64,000 bases of DNA from Ruminococcus sp. GTDB taxonomy: Bacteria; Bacillota; Clostridia; Oscillospirales; Ruminococcaceae. Below, piece by piece: positions 29,562 through 39,487 of the stretch. The notes beneath the pieces are model-generated. The model had not been told where the DNA came from. It saw only the letters and a list, made by a program, of their open reading frames with translations, and did no database searches. How positions within the stretch are numbered: position 1 is the stretch's first letter; each line of letters starts with the position of its first letter. Both the position numbers and the translations under genes were made by a program. The stretch covers positions 11,319-75,318 of the forward strand of contig NZ_DXUU01000004.1 in NCBI RefSeq assembly GCF_019417665.1, given 5' to 3'.

Positions 29562-30905
29562 ATGGCAGAATATATGCCTAACGAAAGTGCAGAACTGCCC
29601 TACAGTCTGGAGGCAGAACAAACCATTCTCGGTGCAATTCTAATTGATTCTGCTGTGCTGCCAGTGGTACTGGAAACCATTCGTTCGGAGTGCTTTTTCA
29701 ATGAACAGCACCGGACGCTGTTCCAGATCATTATGCAGATGTTTACATCCGGAGAAAAAGCCGATGTCATTACCGTACTCAATGCTGCCGTAGAACAGGG
29801 TGTGTTTGAGACGGCAGCGGAGGGCAGAACTTATCTGGCGGCACTCATCAATATCGTGCCGTCTACAGCCAATATTGAAAGCTATTGCCACATTGTGGCG
29901 GAGAAATATTACATCCGTTGCCTTGCCTTTGCCGCAAGAGGCATTTTGCAGGATATCCAGTCCGGGGCACAGAATGCCCAGACTCTGATGGATGCTGCGG
30001 AACAGCGTATTTTTGACATTCGTCAGGGTAGGGATGTCCAGGGTCTGGTGAAGATCGGCGATGCGATCTGCGAAGCGTATGACCGTATCGGTAAGATCTC
30101 CGGTCCGGATAAGGAAAAATATTTGGGCGCAAAAACTGGCTTCAAATACCTGGACACCGTGACTTCCGGTCTGAATAAGTCTGACCTGATCCTGATCGCT
30201 GCCCGTCCGGGTATGGGTAAAACGTCCTTCGCCCTGAATATTGCCACCAATGTGGCACGGCACAGTGAAAAGGAAGTCGCCGTATTCTCCTTGGAAATGT
30301 CCAAGGAACAGCTTGCCACACGTATGCTCTCTACGGAAGCACTGGTGGATTCCAACAAGCTGCGAAACGGCTTCCTCACTAACGAGGACTGGGTACGCCT
30401 TGCCACAAGTGCCGGCGTGCTCAGCGGTCTGCCCATGTTCATTGACGATACGGCAAGCGTGACAGTGCAGCAGATCAAGGCAAAGCTTCGCCGGATGAAA
30501 AATCTCGGTCTGGTAGTGATTGACTATCTCCAGCTTATGGGTTCTACCCTGAAAACGGATAATCGTGTGCTGGTCATTTCGGAAATCACCCGTCAGCTGA
30601 AAATTATGGCGAAAGAACTGGATATTCCGGTCATTGTGTTATCGCAGCTTTCCCGTGGCCCAGAGAGCCGTACCGATAAGCGTCCGATGTTGTCCGATCT
30701 GCGTGAATCCGGTTCTATCGAACAGGATGCGGATATTGTTATGTTTCTCTATCGTGACGCTTATTATAATAAGGACAGTCCTACCCCCAATGTGTCTGAG
30801 TGTATCGTGGCAAAAAATCGTCATGGCGAAACCGGCACTATTCAGCTGGTATGGGATGGTCAGTTCACACGATTCTCCAATGCGGAGATGCGAAATGAAG
30901 GCTGA
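29562..30905 (+). CDS. dnaB: Replicative DNA helicase DnaB (DnaC of B. subtilis)
   Basis: Walker A ARPGMGKTSFALN. QLSR and SGSIEQDADIV motifs. Confidence 0.95.
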   Translation: MAEYMPNESAELPYSLEAEQTILGAILIDSAVLPVVLETIRSECFFNEQHRTLFQIIMQMFTSGEKADVITVLNAAVEQGVFETAAEGRTYLAALINIVPSTANIESYCHIVAEKYYIRCLAFAARGILQDIQSGAQNAQTLMDAAEQRIFDIRQGRDVQGLVKIGDAICEAYDRIGKISGPDKEKYLGAKTGFKYLDTVTSGLNKSDLILIAARPGMGKTSFALNIATNVARHSEKEVAVFSLEMSKEQLATRMLSTEALVDSNKLRNGFLTNEDWVRLATSAGVLSGLPMFIDDTASVTVQQIKAKLRRMKNLGLVVIDYLQLMGSTLKTDNRVLVISEITRQLKIMAKELDIPVIVLSQLSRGPESRTDKRPMLSDLRESGSIEQDADIVMFLYRDAYYNKDSPTPNVSECIVAKNRHGETGTIQLVWDGQFTRFSNAEMRNEG

Positions 30906-32253
30906 GTCTCTGCCCCGGCAGGTGTTGGCGCAGTTTCGGGCATTGGAATGCGTGCAGCCGGGTGACACGGTATGCTGTGCCCTTTCCGGTGGAGCGGACA
31001 GCGTCTGTCTGCTCCGGTGTCTACTGGAATTGCAGGAGGAACTAGGAGTTTCTGTGACGGCAGTTCACGTAGATCACCAGCTGCGTGGAACGGAAAGCGA
31101 CAGGGATCGGCAGTTCTGTGGGCAACTCTGTGCATCGCTGGGGGTGTCTCTGGAAGAATACACTGTGGATGTGGAAACACGTGCCTGGCAGGAACACCTT
31201 TCCACGGAGCTTGCCGCCCGGCAGTGCCGCTATGAAGCCTTTTCGCAGGTGCAGGCGGACTGGATCGCCACGGCGCACACGGCTTCGGATAATCTGGAAA
31301 CTCTGCTGCATCGCCTGATCCGGGGCAGCAGTCTCCATGGACTGACAGCCATTCCGCCGAAAAACGGCAGGATACTCCGACCGCTGCTGACAACGACCAG
31401 GGAACAGGTGGAGGCATATCTTGCGGAACTGGGGCAAACATATGTGACAGACAGCACTAATCTGACAAATCTGTATACACGCAACCGGATCCGGCACAGA
31501 ATCGTTCCGGAGCTGAAACAACTCAACCCTTCTGTGGAACGCACCGCAGCGCACACCATCACTAGTCTATGCCGGGAGGATGACTACATGACACAGCAGA
31601 CAACGGCGGCATATGCACAATGCCATACCAGTGCGGACATGTTGGAACATCTGGAGCAGATACACCCTGCACTGCAAACGCGTTGTCTGGCAATGCTGTT
31701 GGAGGAGCATGGACTTTCTTATGATGCGGCTCTGTTGGAACGTCTCATGGCATTGGCGGTGTATGGGGGCAGGTGGAACTTGTCCCGGCGTGTTTATGCG
31801 GCGGCAAAACCGGGCATCCTTTGGATAGAGACAGCACCGCCAGAACCGCTGGGGGAAAAGGCACTGCTGAAATTGGGAGAAAATCAAATTTTTCCGGGTT
31901 TTATCCTGTACGCTTCTCTGATAGAAGCAGAAAATCATGAGAAAGTAGAAAATGTTCACGGAAAATTTGCAAATAGTTGCCTGGATTATGATAAAATAAA
32001 GGGTAACATCTTCCTGCGTCTGCGACAGCCCGGGGAACGGATTCGTCTGCCCGGCAGAGCCTTTACTTCGTCCCTAAAAAAAGTCATTCAGGCACAAGTG
32101 CCCCAAGGACGCCGGAAGACCCTGCATATTCTAGCAGATGATGACGGGATCGTATTTGCGGAGTATATTGGTGCAGCCGACCGTGCAGTTCCCGATGAGA
32201 ATACACGGCGGCTTCTGGTCGTAGAAATCAGAGAGGAGCAGAATGATGCCTGA
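30895..32253 (+). CDS. tilS: tRNA(Ile)-lysidine synthase
   Basis: PP-loop ALSGGADSVCLL. ATG at 30895 overlaps the dnaB 3' end by 11 nt. The track ORF from 30634 is an extension. Confidence 0.85.
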   Translation: MKAESLPRQVLAQFRALECVQPGDTVCCALSGGADSVCLLRCLLELQEELGVSVTAVHVDHQLRGTESDRDRQFCGQLCASLGVSLEEYTVDVETRAWQEHLSTELAARQCRYEAFSQVQADWIATAHTASDNLETLLHRLIRGSSLHGLTAIPPKNGRILRPLLTTTREQVEAYLAELGQTYVTDSTNLTNLYTRNRIRHRIVPELKQLNPSVERTAAHTITSLCREDDYMTQQTTAAYAQCHTSADMLEHLEQIHPALQTRCLAMLLEEHGLSYDAALLERLMALAVYGGRWNLSRRVYAAAKPGILWIETAPPEPLGEKALLKLGENQIFPGFILYASLIEAENHEKVENVHGKFANSCLDYDKIKGNIFLRLRQPGERIRLPGRAFTSSLKKVIQAQVPQGRRKTLHILADDDGIVFAEYIGAADRAVPDENTRRLLVVEIREEQNDA

Positions 32254-32800
32254 GCTGGAAGCGAATATTGTGCAAGTGCTGCTGACCAAAGTGCAGATAC
32301 AGACACGGGTGCAGGAACTAGGCGCACAGTTGGCATCAGATTATGCGGACAAAATGCCGCTGTTTGTGTGTCTGCTGAAAGGTTCTAGTATCTTTTTTGC
32401 CGACCTCGTACGTGCAGTGACGATTCCTCTGGAACTGGACTTTATGCGAGCATCCAGCTATGGAGACAGCATGGTCACTTCTGGTCATGTACAGTTTGAA
32501 GTACCGTTGTCCCAAACTCTGACAGGACGGCATGTGGTGCTGGTGGAGGACATTCTGGACACGGGCACGACGCTTCATGCAGTGCTTCCGGTACTGGAAG
32601 CACAGAAACCGGCTTCGCTGGCAGTCTGCACGCTGTTGGATAAACCAGAACGGCGAAAATTTGAGGTGTCGTTGGCATATCGCGGCTTTTCCATTCCTGA
32701 CGCTTTTGTGGTGGGATATGGACTGGATTATGCAGGACTTTATCGTAATTTGCCGTATATCGGGATTTATGAAAATTCTGAGGAACAACAAATGCATTGA
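32243..32800 (+). CDS. hpt: Hypoxanthine phosphoribosyltransferase
   Basis: PRPP-binding VVLVEDILDTGTTL. Canonical tilS-hpt-ftsH order. Confidence 0.9.
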   Translation: MMPELEANIVQVLLTKVQIQTRVQELGAQLASDYADKMPLFVCLLKGSSIFFADLVRAVTIPLELDFMRASSYGDSMVTSGHVQFEVPLSQTLTGRHVVLVEDILDTGTTLHAVLPVLEAQKPASLAVCTLLDKPERRKFEVSLAYRGFSIPDAFVVGYGLDYAGLYRNLPYIGIYENSEEQQMH

Positions 32801-32845
32801 GAAAAAGGCGCAGAGATCGCCGAAACAGAATGGAGTGAATGTGAT

Positions 32846-34831
32846 TTGACACCAAAGAGAGGCAGAGGCATCGGAACTTATCTTGTGATCGTATTGCTGC
32901 TCATTGCAGCCCTGGTCTTTTTGCTGCCGAATTTGAAGGGCAACGTCAAGACACCGGAATATTCTGAGATCATCCAGCATTTTGATGATTATGATGTCAA
33001 GGAATATACCCTGGATCTGGGATCCGGCGAACTGGAGATGGTGCTGCAGAATGACGAGAAAATTGCATATGAAGTGCCGAATGTCCAGATTTTCCTGGAG
33101 GATACCCAGTATTACCGGGAGAAGTATAACGCCAGAAACGAAGTACCTCTGAAAGAGGATTTCTATAAAATCAAGGATACTTCCTGGCTGCTGACGATTA
33201 TTCCCACAGTGATCCTTGTGATCCTGATGATTATCCTGTTTGCATTTATGATGCGACAGGCAAACGGCGGCGGAAAGTACACTACATTCGGAAAGGCGAA
33301 TATCAAGAACCAGATGAACACCCGGAAGGCTACCTTTGCGGATGTTGCCGGTGCGGATGAGGAAAAGCACGAGCTGGAAGAAATCGTGGACTTTTTGAAA
33401 AATCCCCGGAAATATGCGGAGTTGGGTGCAAGAATCCCCAAGGGCGTATTGCTCATGGGACCGCCCGGAACCGGTAAGACGTTGCTGGCAAGAGCCGTCG
33501 CCGGAGAAGCAGGCTGTCCGTTCTTCTCCATTTCCGGTTCGGATTTTGTGGAAATGTTCGTGGGCGTAGGTGCATCCCGTGTGCGTGACCTGTTCGAACA
33601 GGCGAAGAAGAATGCACCGTCCATTATCTTCATAGACGAGATTGACGCTGTGGGTCGGCACCGTGGTACGGGCATCGGTGGCGGACATGATGAACGGGAA
33701 CAGACCCTGAACCAGTTGCTGGTAGAGATGGATGGTTTTACCGGAAAGGACAATGTCATTGTTATTGCGGCAACCAACCGCCGGGATATACTTGATCCGG
33801 CACTGCTGCGTCCGGGACGGTTTGACCGCCAGATCGTGGTGGGCTATCCCGATGTCAAGGGTCGTGAAGCCATTCTGAAAGTACACACAAAATCCAAGAG
33901 CGTTGGCCCTGATGTGGATCTGTCCACCATTGCGAAGTCCACTGTGGGCTTTACGGGTGCGGATCTGGAGAATCTGGTCAACGAAGCCTGCCTGCTGGCG
34001 GCACGGAAGAATAAAAAGGCGATCACCATGGAGGAAATCCAGGAATCGACCATCAAGGTCATTGCCGGCCCGGAGAAGAAATCTCACAAGGTGACGGAAA
34101 AGGAAAAGCGTCTGACAGCATTCCATGAGGCAGGTCACGCCGTCTGCACGTACTACTGCGATCACCAGGATAAGGTGCACCAGGTATCCATCATCCCTCG
34201 TGGCATGGCTGGGGGATATACCATGTCCCTGCCGGAACAGGACAAGAGCTTTGTCTCCAAAAAGGAGATGGAGGAGAATATCATCACACTGCTGGGCGGC
34301 CGTGTTGCGGAGCAGCTGGTACTGGAGGACATCTCCACCGGTGCATCCAACGACCTGGAGCGTGCCACATCCACGGCACGGAGCATGGTGACACGTTATG
34401 GTTTCAGCGAGAAGATGGGACCTGTGGTTTACGGCAACGACCAGAGTGAAGTGTTCCTGGGACGGGATCTGGGTTCGTCCAGAGACTATTCTGACCGTGT
34501 GGCAGCGGAGATTGACGACGAAGTGCGTTCCATCATTGAAAAGGCGTACGACAAGGCAAAGGAAATTTTGCAGGCGCACATGGATCAGCTCCATCTGCTG
34601 GCGAAGTATTTGATGCTTCATGAGAAGATCGAACGGGAAGATTTCGAGGTGCTCATGCGCGGCGAGATGGACCCGGCGATGTTCGAGGATACACCGGCAG
34701 AACCGGAGGAAACCGCACCGGAGACGGCGCAGCCGGCAGAGCCTGCGGTGGAAACCACTGAGGCAGAGCTGCAAACAAAGACGGAACCGGCGGCAGATAT
34801 GCTGGAGAATCCGGAGAAAAAGGAAGAATAA
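32846..34831 (+). CDS. ftsH: ATP-dependent zinc metalloprotease FtsH (copy 1)
   Basis: Walker A GPPGTGKT, Walker B IIFIDEID, zinc motif HEAGHA. TTG start 7 nt after GGAGTG. Confidence 0.95.
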   Translation: MTPKRGRGIGTYLVIVLLLIAALVFLLPNLKGNVKTPEYSEIIQHFDDYDVKEYTLDLGSGELEMVLQNDEKIAYEVPNVQIFLEDTQYYREKYNARNEVPLKEDFYKIKDTSWLLTIIPTVILVILMIILFAFMMRQANGGGKYTTFGKANIKNQMNTRKATFADVAGADEEKHELEEIVDFLKNPRKYAELGARIPKGVLLMGPPGTGKTLLARAVAGEAGCPFFSISGSDFVEMFVGVGASRVRDLFEQAKKNAPSIIFIDEIDAVGRHRGTGIGGGHDEREQTLNQLLVEMDGFTGKDNVIVIAATNRRDILDPALLRPGRFDRQIVVGYPDVKGREAILKVHTKSKSVGPDVDLSTIAKSTVGFTGADLENLVNEACLLAARKNKKAITMEEIQESTIKVIAGPEKKSHKVTEKEKRLTAFHEAGHAVCTYYCDHQDKVHQVSIIPRGMAGGYTMSLPEQDKSFVSKKEMEENIITLLGGRVAEQLVLEDISTGASNDLERATSTARSMVTRYGFSEKMGPVVYGNDQSEVFLGRDLGSSRDYSDRVAAEIDDEVRSIIEKAYDKAKEILQAHMDQLHLLAKYLMLHEKIEREDFEVLMRGEMDPAMFEDTPAEPEETAPETAQPAEPAVETTEAELQTKTEPAADMLENPEKKEE

Positions 34832-34836
34832 TGGAA

Positions 34837-34878
34837 AAGGCTGCTGTGCTTGGAATGAGTATGGCAGTCTTTTTGTTT
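34837..34878 (+). terminator. Rho-independent terminator of ftsH
   Basis: 8-bp stem aaggctgc/gcagtctt (one G-U pair) followed by a T-tract. Confidence 0.5.
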
Positions 34879-34971
34879 GAACTTTGTTCACACTATTAAA
34901 TGTGATTTGTGATATAATGGAAGAAAGTGACGAATGTGTGCGATCATTCGGAATAAAAAGGAGAACTTGAT

Positions 34972-36000
34972 ATGGGTAGTTGGAAACGGGTATTGGCGGC
35001 GGTTGCTGCTGGGGTGATTTTTGCGGTGAGTGTACCATGGACTGTCAGTGCGGTGGAAGCCTTAGAAACCGGTACATATGGTGATTTGACGTATATGGTA
35101 CTTGAGGATGGAACTGTTGCGATCACGGACTGTGATGAAAGTGTGAAGGAAGTAAAAATCCCGGCGGAAATTGATGGGATGGCAGTGACCGGCATAGGTT
35201 GGCGTACATTTTTTGGCTGTAAAAGTCTGACTACTGTCATCATTCCAGACAGTGTGACCATCATAGGAAATTGTGCGTTTGAGTGGTGCACCAGTCTGAC
35301 TGAAATTACAATTCCAGACAGTGTGACCAGCATTGGAGATTATGCGTTTTTTGAGTGCGACAGTTTGACTGGGATTACTATTCCAGATGGTGTGACCAGC
35401 ATTGGAAGGGGTGCGTTTTCTGGATGCAATAGTTTGCCTGGGATTACCATTCCAGACAGTGTGACCAGTATTGGAGATTATGCGTTTTCAGGCTGTAACA
35501 GTTTGACTGGTATCAAGATTCCGAATGGTGTGACCAGCATTGAGACGAATACGTTTTTTGGATGTACAAGTTTGATTGAAGTTACCATCCCGGAGAGTGT
35601 GATCAGTATTGGAAATTATGCGTTTTCTAGTTGTGACAGATTGACCGATGTTTATTACAGTGGCACGGAAGAAGCGTGGAACGCAATTGAAATTGGAGAG
35701 TCTAATGAATCTCTTCTAAACGCTACAATTCATTTTAACAGCATCGAAGAAACTACTACTACAACGACAACAGAAACAATTACAGAAACAACCACTACAA
35801 CAGAAGTCACAGCAACAGAAACTATTACGACAGAAGAAACGACAACAGACACCACTACGACAACAGACATCGCAGAGCTTCCCCAATCCGCTGGCGACAT
35901 CGACGGCGACAATATTATTGACGCTAACGATGCCTACTATTGTCTCCTCGCCTATGCGAAAATGTCCGTGAGCGGTGATTCCGGTCTGACCGATGCATAA
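34972..36000 (+). CDS. BspA-type leucine-rich-repeat protein with a Thr-rich linker and a dockerin truncated by an internal TAA
   Basis: Signal peptide ...WTVSA|VE. Roughly 23-aa repeats IPDSVTSIGDYAFxGCxSLTxI. Linker TTTTTTETITETTTTTEV.... First dockerin segment GDIDGDNIIDANDAYYCLLAYAKMSV. TAA at 35998-36000. Confidence 0.85.
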   Translation: MGSWKRVLAAVAAGVIFAVSVPWTVSAVEALETGTYGDLTYMVLEDGTVAITDCDESVKEVKIPAEIDGMAVTGIGWRTFFGCKSLTTVIIPDSVTIIGNCAFEWCTSLTEITIPDSVTSIGDYAFFECDSLTGITIPDGVTSIGRGAFSGCNSLPGITIPDSVTSIGDYAFSGCNSLTGIKIPNGVTSIETNTFFGCTSLIEVTIPESVISIGNYAFSSCDRLTDVYYSGTEEAWNAIEIGESNESLLNATIHFNSIEETTTTTTTETITETTTTTEVTATETITTEETTTDTTTTTDIAELPQSAGDIDGDNIIDANDAYYCLLAYAKMSVSGDSGLTDA

Positions 36001-36123
36001 ATGAAAGCGGCAGATGTAGACAGCAACGGCAGTATTAACGCAGATGACGCTTATTACATCCTGCTGTACTACGCAAAACAATCCGTGGGACAGGATGTCT
36101 CCTGGACGGAACTTCTCGGCTGA
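36001..36123 (+). pseudogene. Orphaned in-frame 3' segment encoding the second dockerin repeat
   Basis: Same frame as 34972-36000. Translates to MKAADVDSNGSINADDAYYILLYYAKQSVGQDVSWTELLG*, collinear with the C-termini of the paralogs at 56851-57801, 61231-62916 and 62947-64000. Confidence 0.8.
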
Positions 36124-36145
36124 ACTCCTGTTTCATAATACACCA

Positions 36146-36178
36146 AACCGGAACGGCACTGACTGCTCCGGTTTTTTG
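36146..36178 (+). terminator. Rho-independent terminator of the LRR-dockerin gene
   Basis: Stem accgga.../...tccggt followed by tttttt. The same terminator type follows the remnant at 54787-54820. Confidence 0.65.
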
Positions 36179-36216
36179 TATGGAAATCAGATTTATCACA
36201 TGATAAAACTTACAAA

Positions 36217-36260
36217 ATTGTAGGGGCGAACTGTGTTCGCCCGCAAATTTCCGAAAATCG
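36217..36260. repeat. Dispersed repeat family B copy
   Basis: attgtaggggcgaactgtgttcgcccgca contains the hairpin gggcgaac/gttcgccc. Near-identical to 49481-49509. Confidence 0.7.
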
Positions 36261-36275
36261 TTTTTTGATACATAC

Positions 36276-36305
36276 TTGACAAGTGCAATGAATGTTTGCT
36301 ATAAT
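36276..36305 (+). promoter_or_regulatory. Sigma-A promoter of luxS
   Basis: TTGACA (36276-36281), an 18-nt spacer, then an extended -10 tgcTATAAT (36297-36305). Confidence 0.55.
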
Positions 36306-36344
36306 AATATCATGGATTACTATGTAAATTCGGAGGAAATACCT

Positions 36345-36839
36345 ATGAAACAGATCACAAGCTTTACCATTAACCATGACCACCTGAAACGGGGCATGTA
36401 TATTTCTCGTGTGGACGGGGATGTGGTGACATATGACATCCGCATGAAGCTGCCCAACAACCCAGAGGGCGACTACCTGGAGGAGAATGCCCTGCATACC
36501 TTTGAACATCTTTTTGCTACCTATGTGCGCAATACACCTTTTTCCGATGACATTGTCTATGTGGGCCCCATGGGATGCCGCACCGGGTTCTATTTCCTAA
36601 CACGGGATACCATCTCTGGCGCAGATGCCATTTGCCTGGTGCAGGAGACATTGCAGTTTGTTCTGGATTTTTCCGGGGAGATCCCTGGGGGAAAACGCTG
36701 GGAATGCGGCAATTATCTCGCCCATGACCTGGATGGTGCAAAGGCAGTCGCACAGGAATTTCAGCCAGTTATGGCGGATTGGTCTCCGGCGCAGCTGCAA
36801 TATCCCCAGGATGTATTAAATGGTACTGCTTCAGTCTGA
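36345..36839 (+). CDS. luxS: S-ribosylhomocysteine lyase LuxS
   Basis: Metal motif HTFEHL and catalytic GPMGCRTGFY. ATG at 36345 follows GGAGGA. Confidence 0.9.
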   Translation: MKQITSFTINHDHLKRGMYISRVDGDVVTYDIRMKLPNNPEGDYLEENALHTFEHLFATYVRNTPFSDDIVYVGPMGCRTGFYFLTRDTISGADAICLVQETLQFVLDFSGEIPGGKRWECGNYLAHDLDGAKAVAQEFQPVMADWSPAQLQYPQDVLNGTASV

Positions 36840-36858
36840 CAGAAAGAGGGGACAGATA

Positions 36859-38670
36859 TTGGAAAACCAGGAATTGAAAGATGTCGTGCAGGGGAAGGAG
36901 GCAATTGTGTCGAAGATTTTAGACACGCCCGATGCGGCTGATGCACCAGAAGAACCGATTGTATCGGATTCTCCGGCTGTGCCTGATGAATCAGAAGTGC
37001 CGGAGAATACACGCTCGTTTTGGAAGGATTTCGGAAAGGGTCTGACGCTTACTTTGCCGCCAATGCTGCTGTTTTTTGTGGCAGCTATTGTGGTTTATTA
37101 TATTCTCTTTCCCAGCAAGGGCGAATTTCATGCGGATTGTACCGATACTATATACTGGGCAAAAGCTTCCTATGACAGCGGCAGTATTTTTAACCCGGAT
37201 TTTTCCTATGCCTGTCTGCTGCCATTCGGCGGAAGTCTGCTCATGCTGATCTTCATGCCCTTTTTTGGCTTGTCTATGACGACCCATACTTTGGGTATGT
37301 TGCTGTTTTTCTTGCTGTTCCTGACGGGATTCTGTCTTATGCTCAAAGAAATGCACTGGAATTATCGTTGGATCTGCGGTGCAGCGGCAGTTTTGCTGGC
37401 TGTTGTCAGTTCCAGCGAAAAGCTGCGTGAGATCTTTTGGGGACATACGATCTATTATAGTCTGGGCATTCTCTTTTTGTTCTACGGGTTGTTCCTGCTA
37501 TTTCGGCTGGAAAATCTGCTGGAGCAGAAAGTGCCTTCGGATGCTTCGAAGAAGGAACGCTCCCGGTGTATCCACGCTTGTATCACACTGATCGTATTAC
37601 TAGTATTTTTCATGTTGTGCAGCACCGATCAGGTGACAGCGCTGACGATTTTTGCTCTGCCCATTCTGGCGGCAATTTTTTTGGAACGTTTGCTGGATCG
37701 CCGAACACCTCTGGTGAGTTTGAAAAATGGCAGAGTGCTGTTGCTGTTGTTGACTCTGGTTGTGATGATCTTGTGCGGCTTGATGTTGGGGCAGCATTGG
37801 GCAGGGGGCATTACCGCAGACTATGCGGATTCCTATTCCAATTATGCAGCCCAATCTACCTGGCTGGAACATGCGCAGACATTTCCGCTGGCATGGCTGA
37901 AACTGTTGGGACTGGAGGATATTCCGGGCACGCCGCTCATGAATGGGGAAAGCGTGAAAAACCTCATTCGTATGGCGGCAGCCATTCTGTTGCTGGTACT
38001 TCCCATTGTAGCGACTTGCTGTTATCCGAAGTATGAGGGAGAATCAGGCAGACAGATCCGGATTCTGATCTGGGCACACTGGATCATGACAGCGCTCATT
38101 ATGGTGGGCTATATCTGTGGCTATTTATCTATGGCGAATTGGCGGCTCAGCCCCATTGTTTGCACTTCTGCCGTTGTTTCCATGGTATTTTTGCATTGGG
38201 CGATCTCCAACCGCACTTCCATGAACCGGATCGCTGGGGTTTTATGTATTCCTGTGGTTTGCTTCTGTGCACTTAGCGTATGGAATGTGGCGGCATTGCC
38301 CAAGGATTATTACAAGGAAAATACCCAGTATCAGCTGGTGGAGGTACTGAAAGAACATGGATTGACTTACGGCTACGCCACATTCTGGCACGCAAATGCC
38401 ATGACTGTGATCTCGGATTCAGAAATGTTGGTTCGCAATGTGGAGGTAAATGAATATGGTGTAAGCCCGGCGGAATATCAGACGGCACAAAGCTGGTACG
38501 AAGATCAACCGGAACAAGAAGAATATTTTCTGCTGTTGGATCAGGGTGAGTACGATATGCTGTTGACTCAGGTAGATCCATTGCTGAAAAAAGCACAGAA
38601 GTCGTTTCCGGTAAGGGACGATAACGGCACAGTTTATTGGGTGCTGGTGTTCACAGAGAATATTTTTTAA
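36859..38670 (+). CDS. Large polytopic membrane protein, possibly a GT-C-type glycosyltransferase
   Basis: More than 10 TM segments followed by a C-terminal soluble domain. TTG at 36859 lies 7 nt after GAGGGG. An alternative ATG at 36820 overlaps luxS. The function is a guess from topology. Confidence 0.45.
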   Translation: MENQELKDVVQGKEAIVSKILDTPDAADAPEEPIVSDSPAVPDESEVPENTRSFWKDFGKGLTLTLPPMLLFFVAAIVVYYILFPSKGEFHADCTDTIYWAKASYDSGSIFNPDFSYACLLPFGGSLLMLIFMPFFGLSMTTHTLGMLLFFLLFLTGFCLMLKEMHWNYRWICGAAAVLLAVVSSSEKLREIFWGHTIYYSLGILFLFYGLFLLFRLENLLEQKVPSDASKKERSRCIHACITLIVLLVFFMLCSTDQVTALTIFALPILAAIFLERLLDRRTPLVSLKNGRVLLLLLTLVVMILCGLMLGQHWAGGITADYADSYSNYAAQSTWLEHAQTFPLAWLKLLGLEDIPGTPLMNGESVKNLIRMAAAILLLVLPIVATCCYPKYEGESGRQIRILIWAHWIMTALIMVGYICGYLSMANWRLSPIVCTSAVVSMVFLHWAISNRTSMNRIAGVLCIPVVCFCALSVWNVAALPKDYYKENTQYQLVEVLKEHGLTYGYATFWHANAMTVISDSEMLVRNVEVNEYGVSPAEYQTAQSWYEDQPEQEEYFLLLDQGEYDMLLTQVDPLLKKAQKSFPVRDDNGTVYWVLVFTENIF

Positions 38671-38680
38671 AAATAATAGA

Positions 38681-38718
38681 AAAACCGCCTGATGTGCAAA
38701 ATCATCAGGCGGTTTTTG
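38681..38718. terminator. Bidirectional rho-independent terminator
   Basis: 12-bp stem aaccgcctgatg/catcaggcggtt flanked by an A-run and a T-run. Confidence 0.8.
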
Positions 38719-38730
38719 TGCAGTGTTGTT

Positions 38731-39459
38731 TTATATTTCTTCTGCACGTTGTATTCGTCGGGCAAACCAGGTCAGCAGTTCTTCTTTTGTCATTGCTCTC
38801 TGGTGCGCCGGCTGGCACACAGTGAAATCCAACGGTAACAGTTCCTGCACCAGTTTTCGCAGCTTTTCCGGGCGTTCCGTCCAAACATCATCTACCAACT
38901 CCTGATAGACTGCATCTCCCAGAAATACCATGCGTTCCTCTTTTACCCAAACGATCATGGTATCTCTGGCGTGGGGACTGGTTACATGCTGTAGGACGCA
39001 GGTGCAGTTGCCCAGATCCAGGGTCATGGATTCAGAAAACGTCAGTGTGGGCAGTGCCACACGGATGGTTTCCAGCTGTGGGAAATGTGCTCGTATCCGT
39101 GGCACGCACAGACGGGGCACAATGCCCTTTTCTGCATTTTTCTCCAGTTCGTCCGGCGTCCATTGCAGTTTTGATACCATTTCCAGAGACTGGCGTGTCT
39201 GCACACAAGCAATGGACGGGATATCCAGCGCACTCAGCCCGAAACAGTGATCCCAGTGGGAATGGGTCAGGGCTACGAGGTCTGGCCGGCGAAAACCGGC
39301 TTCATCCACTGCCGCCTGAAATTCCTGCACGTGTGCAGGAGAATTCCCTGCATCCACCATAAGGGAAAACCGATCTCCCCGGATATATCCCAAAGACGGA
39401 CGATCCTTCGTTTGGGAAAACCGCAGATGGTATACCCTTGGCGTCAATTGCTCCAACAT
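38731..39459 (-). CDS. Metallo-beta-lactamase-fold hydrolase
   Basis: HSHWDH motif. ATG at 39459 (MLEQLTPRVYHL). Confidence 0.75.
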   Translation of the reverse strand: MLEQLTPRVYHLRFSQTKDRPSLGYIRGDRFSLMVDAGNSPAHVQEFQAAVDEAGFRRPDLVALTHSHWDHCFGLSALDIPSIACVQTRQSLEMVSKLQWTPDELEKNAEKGIVPRLCVPRIRAHFPQLETIRVALPTLTFSESMTLDLGNCTCVLQHVTSPHARDTMIVWVKEERMVFLGDAVYQELVDDVWTERPEKLRKLVQELLPLDFTVCQPAHQRAMTKEELLTWFARRIQRAEEI

Positions 39460-39462
39460 AAA

Positions 39463-39487
39463 ACACGCCTCATTCCTAATTTTTATC
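39463..39487. repeat. Short copy of repeat family A arm
   Basis: acacgcctcattcctaattttt matches 22402-22424. Confidence 0.45.

Noticed and set aside
32336-35038. 900-aa ORF on the minus strand, the longest ORF in the window
   Set aside because: It runs antisense to hpt and ftsH, whose products carry unambiguous motifs. Its translation is low-complexity (runs of R, L, H, Q and C) with no recognisable domain and no RBS. This is the typical stop-free shadow frame of a GC-balanced gene.
35100-35650. Regular roughly 69-nt periodicity in the LRR genes (also at 57000-57450 and 61500-63950) that could mimic a repeat array or CRISPR
   Set aside because: The periodicity is the coding repeat of BspA-type leucine-rich repeats within long ORFs. 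There are no identical direct repeats with unique spacers and no cas genes.
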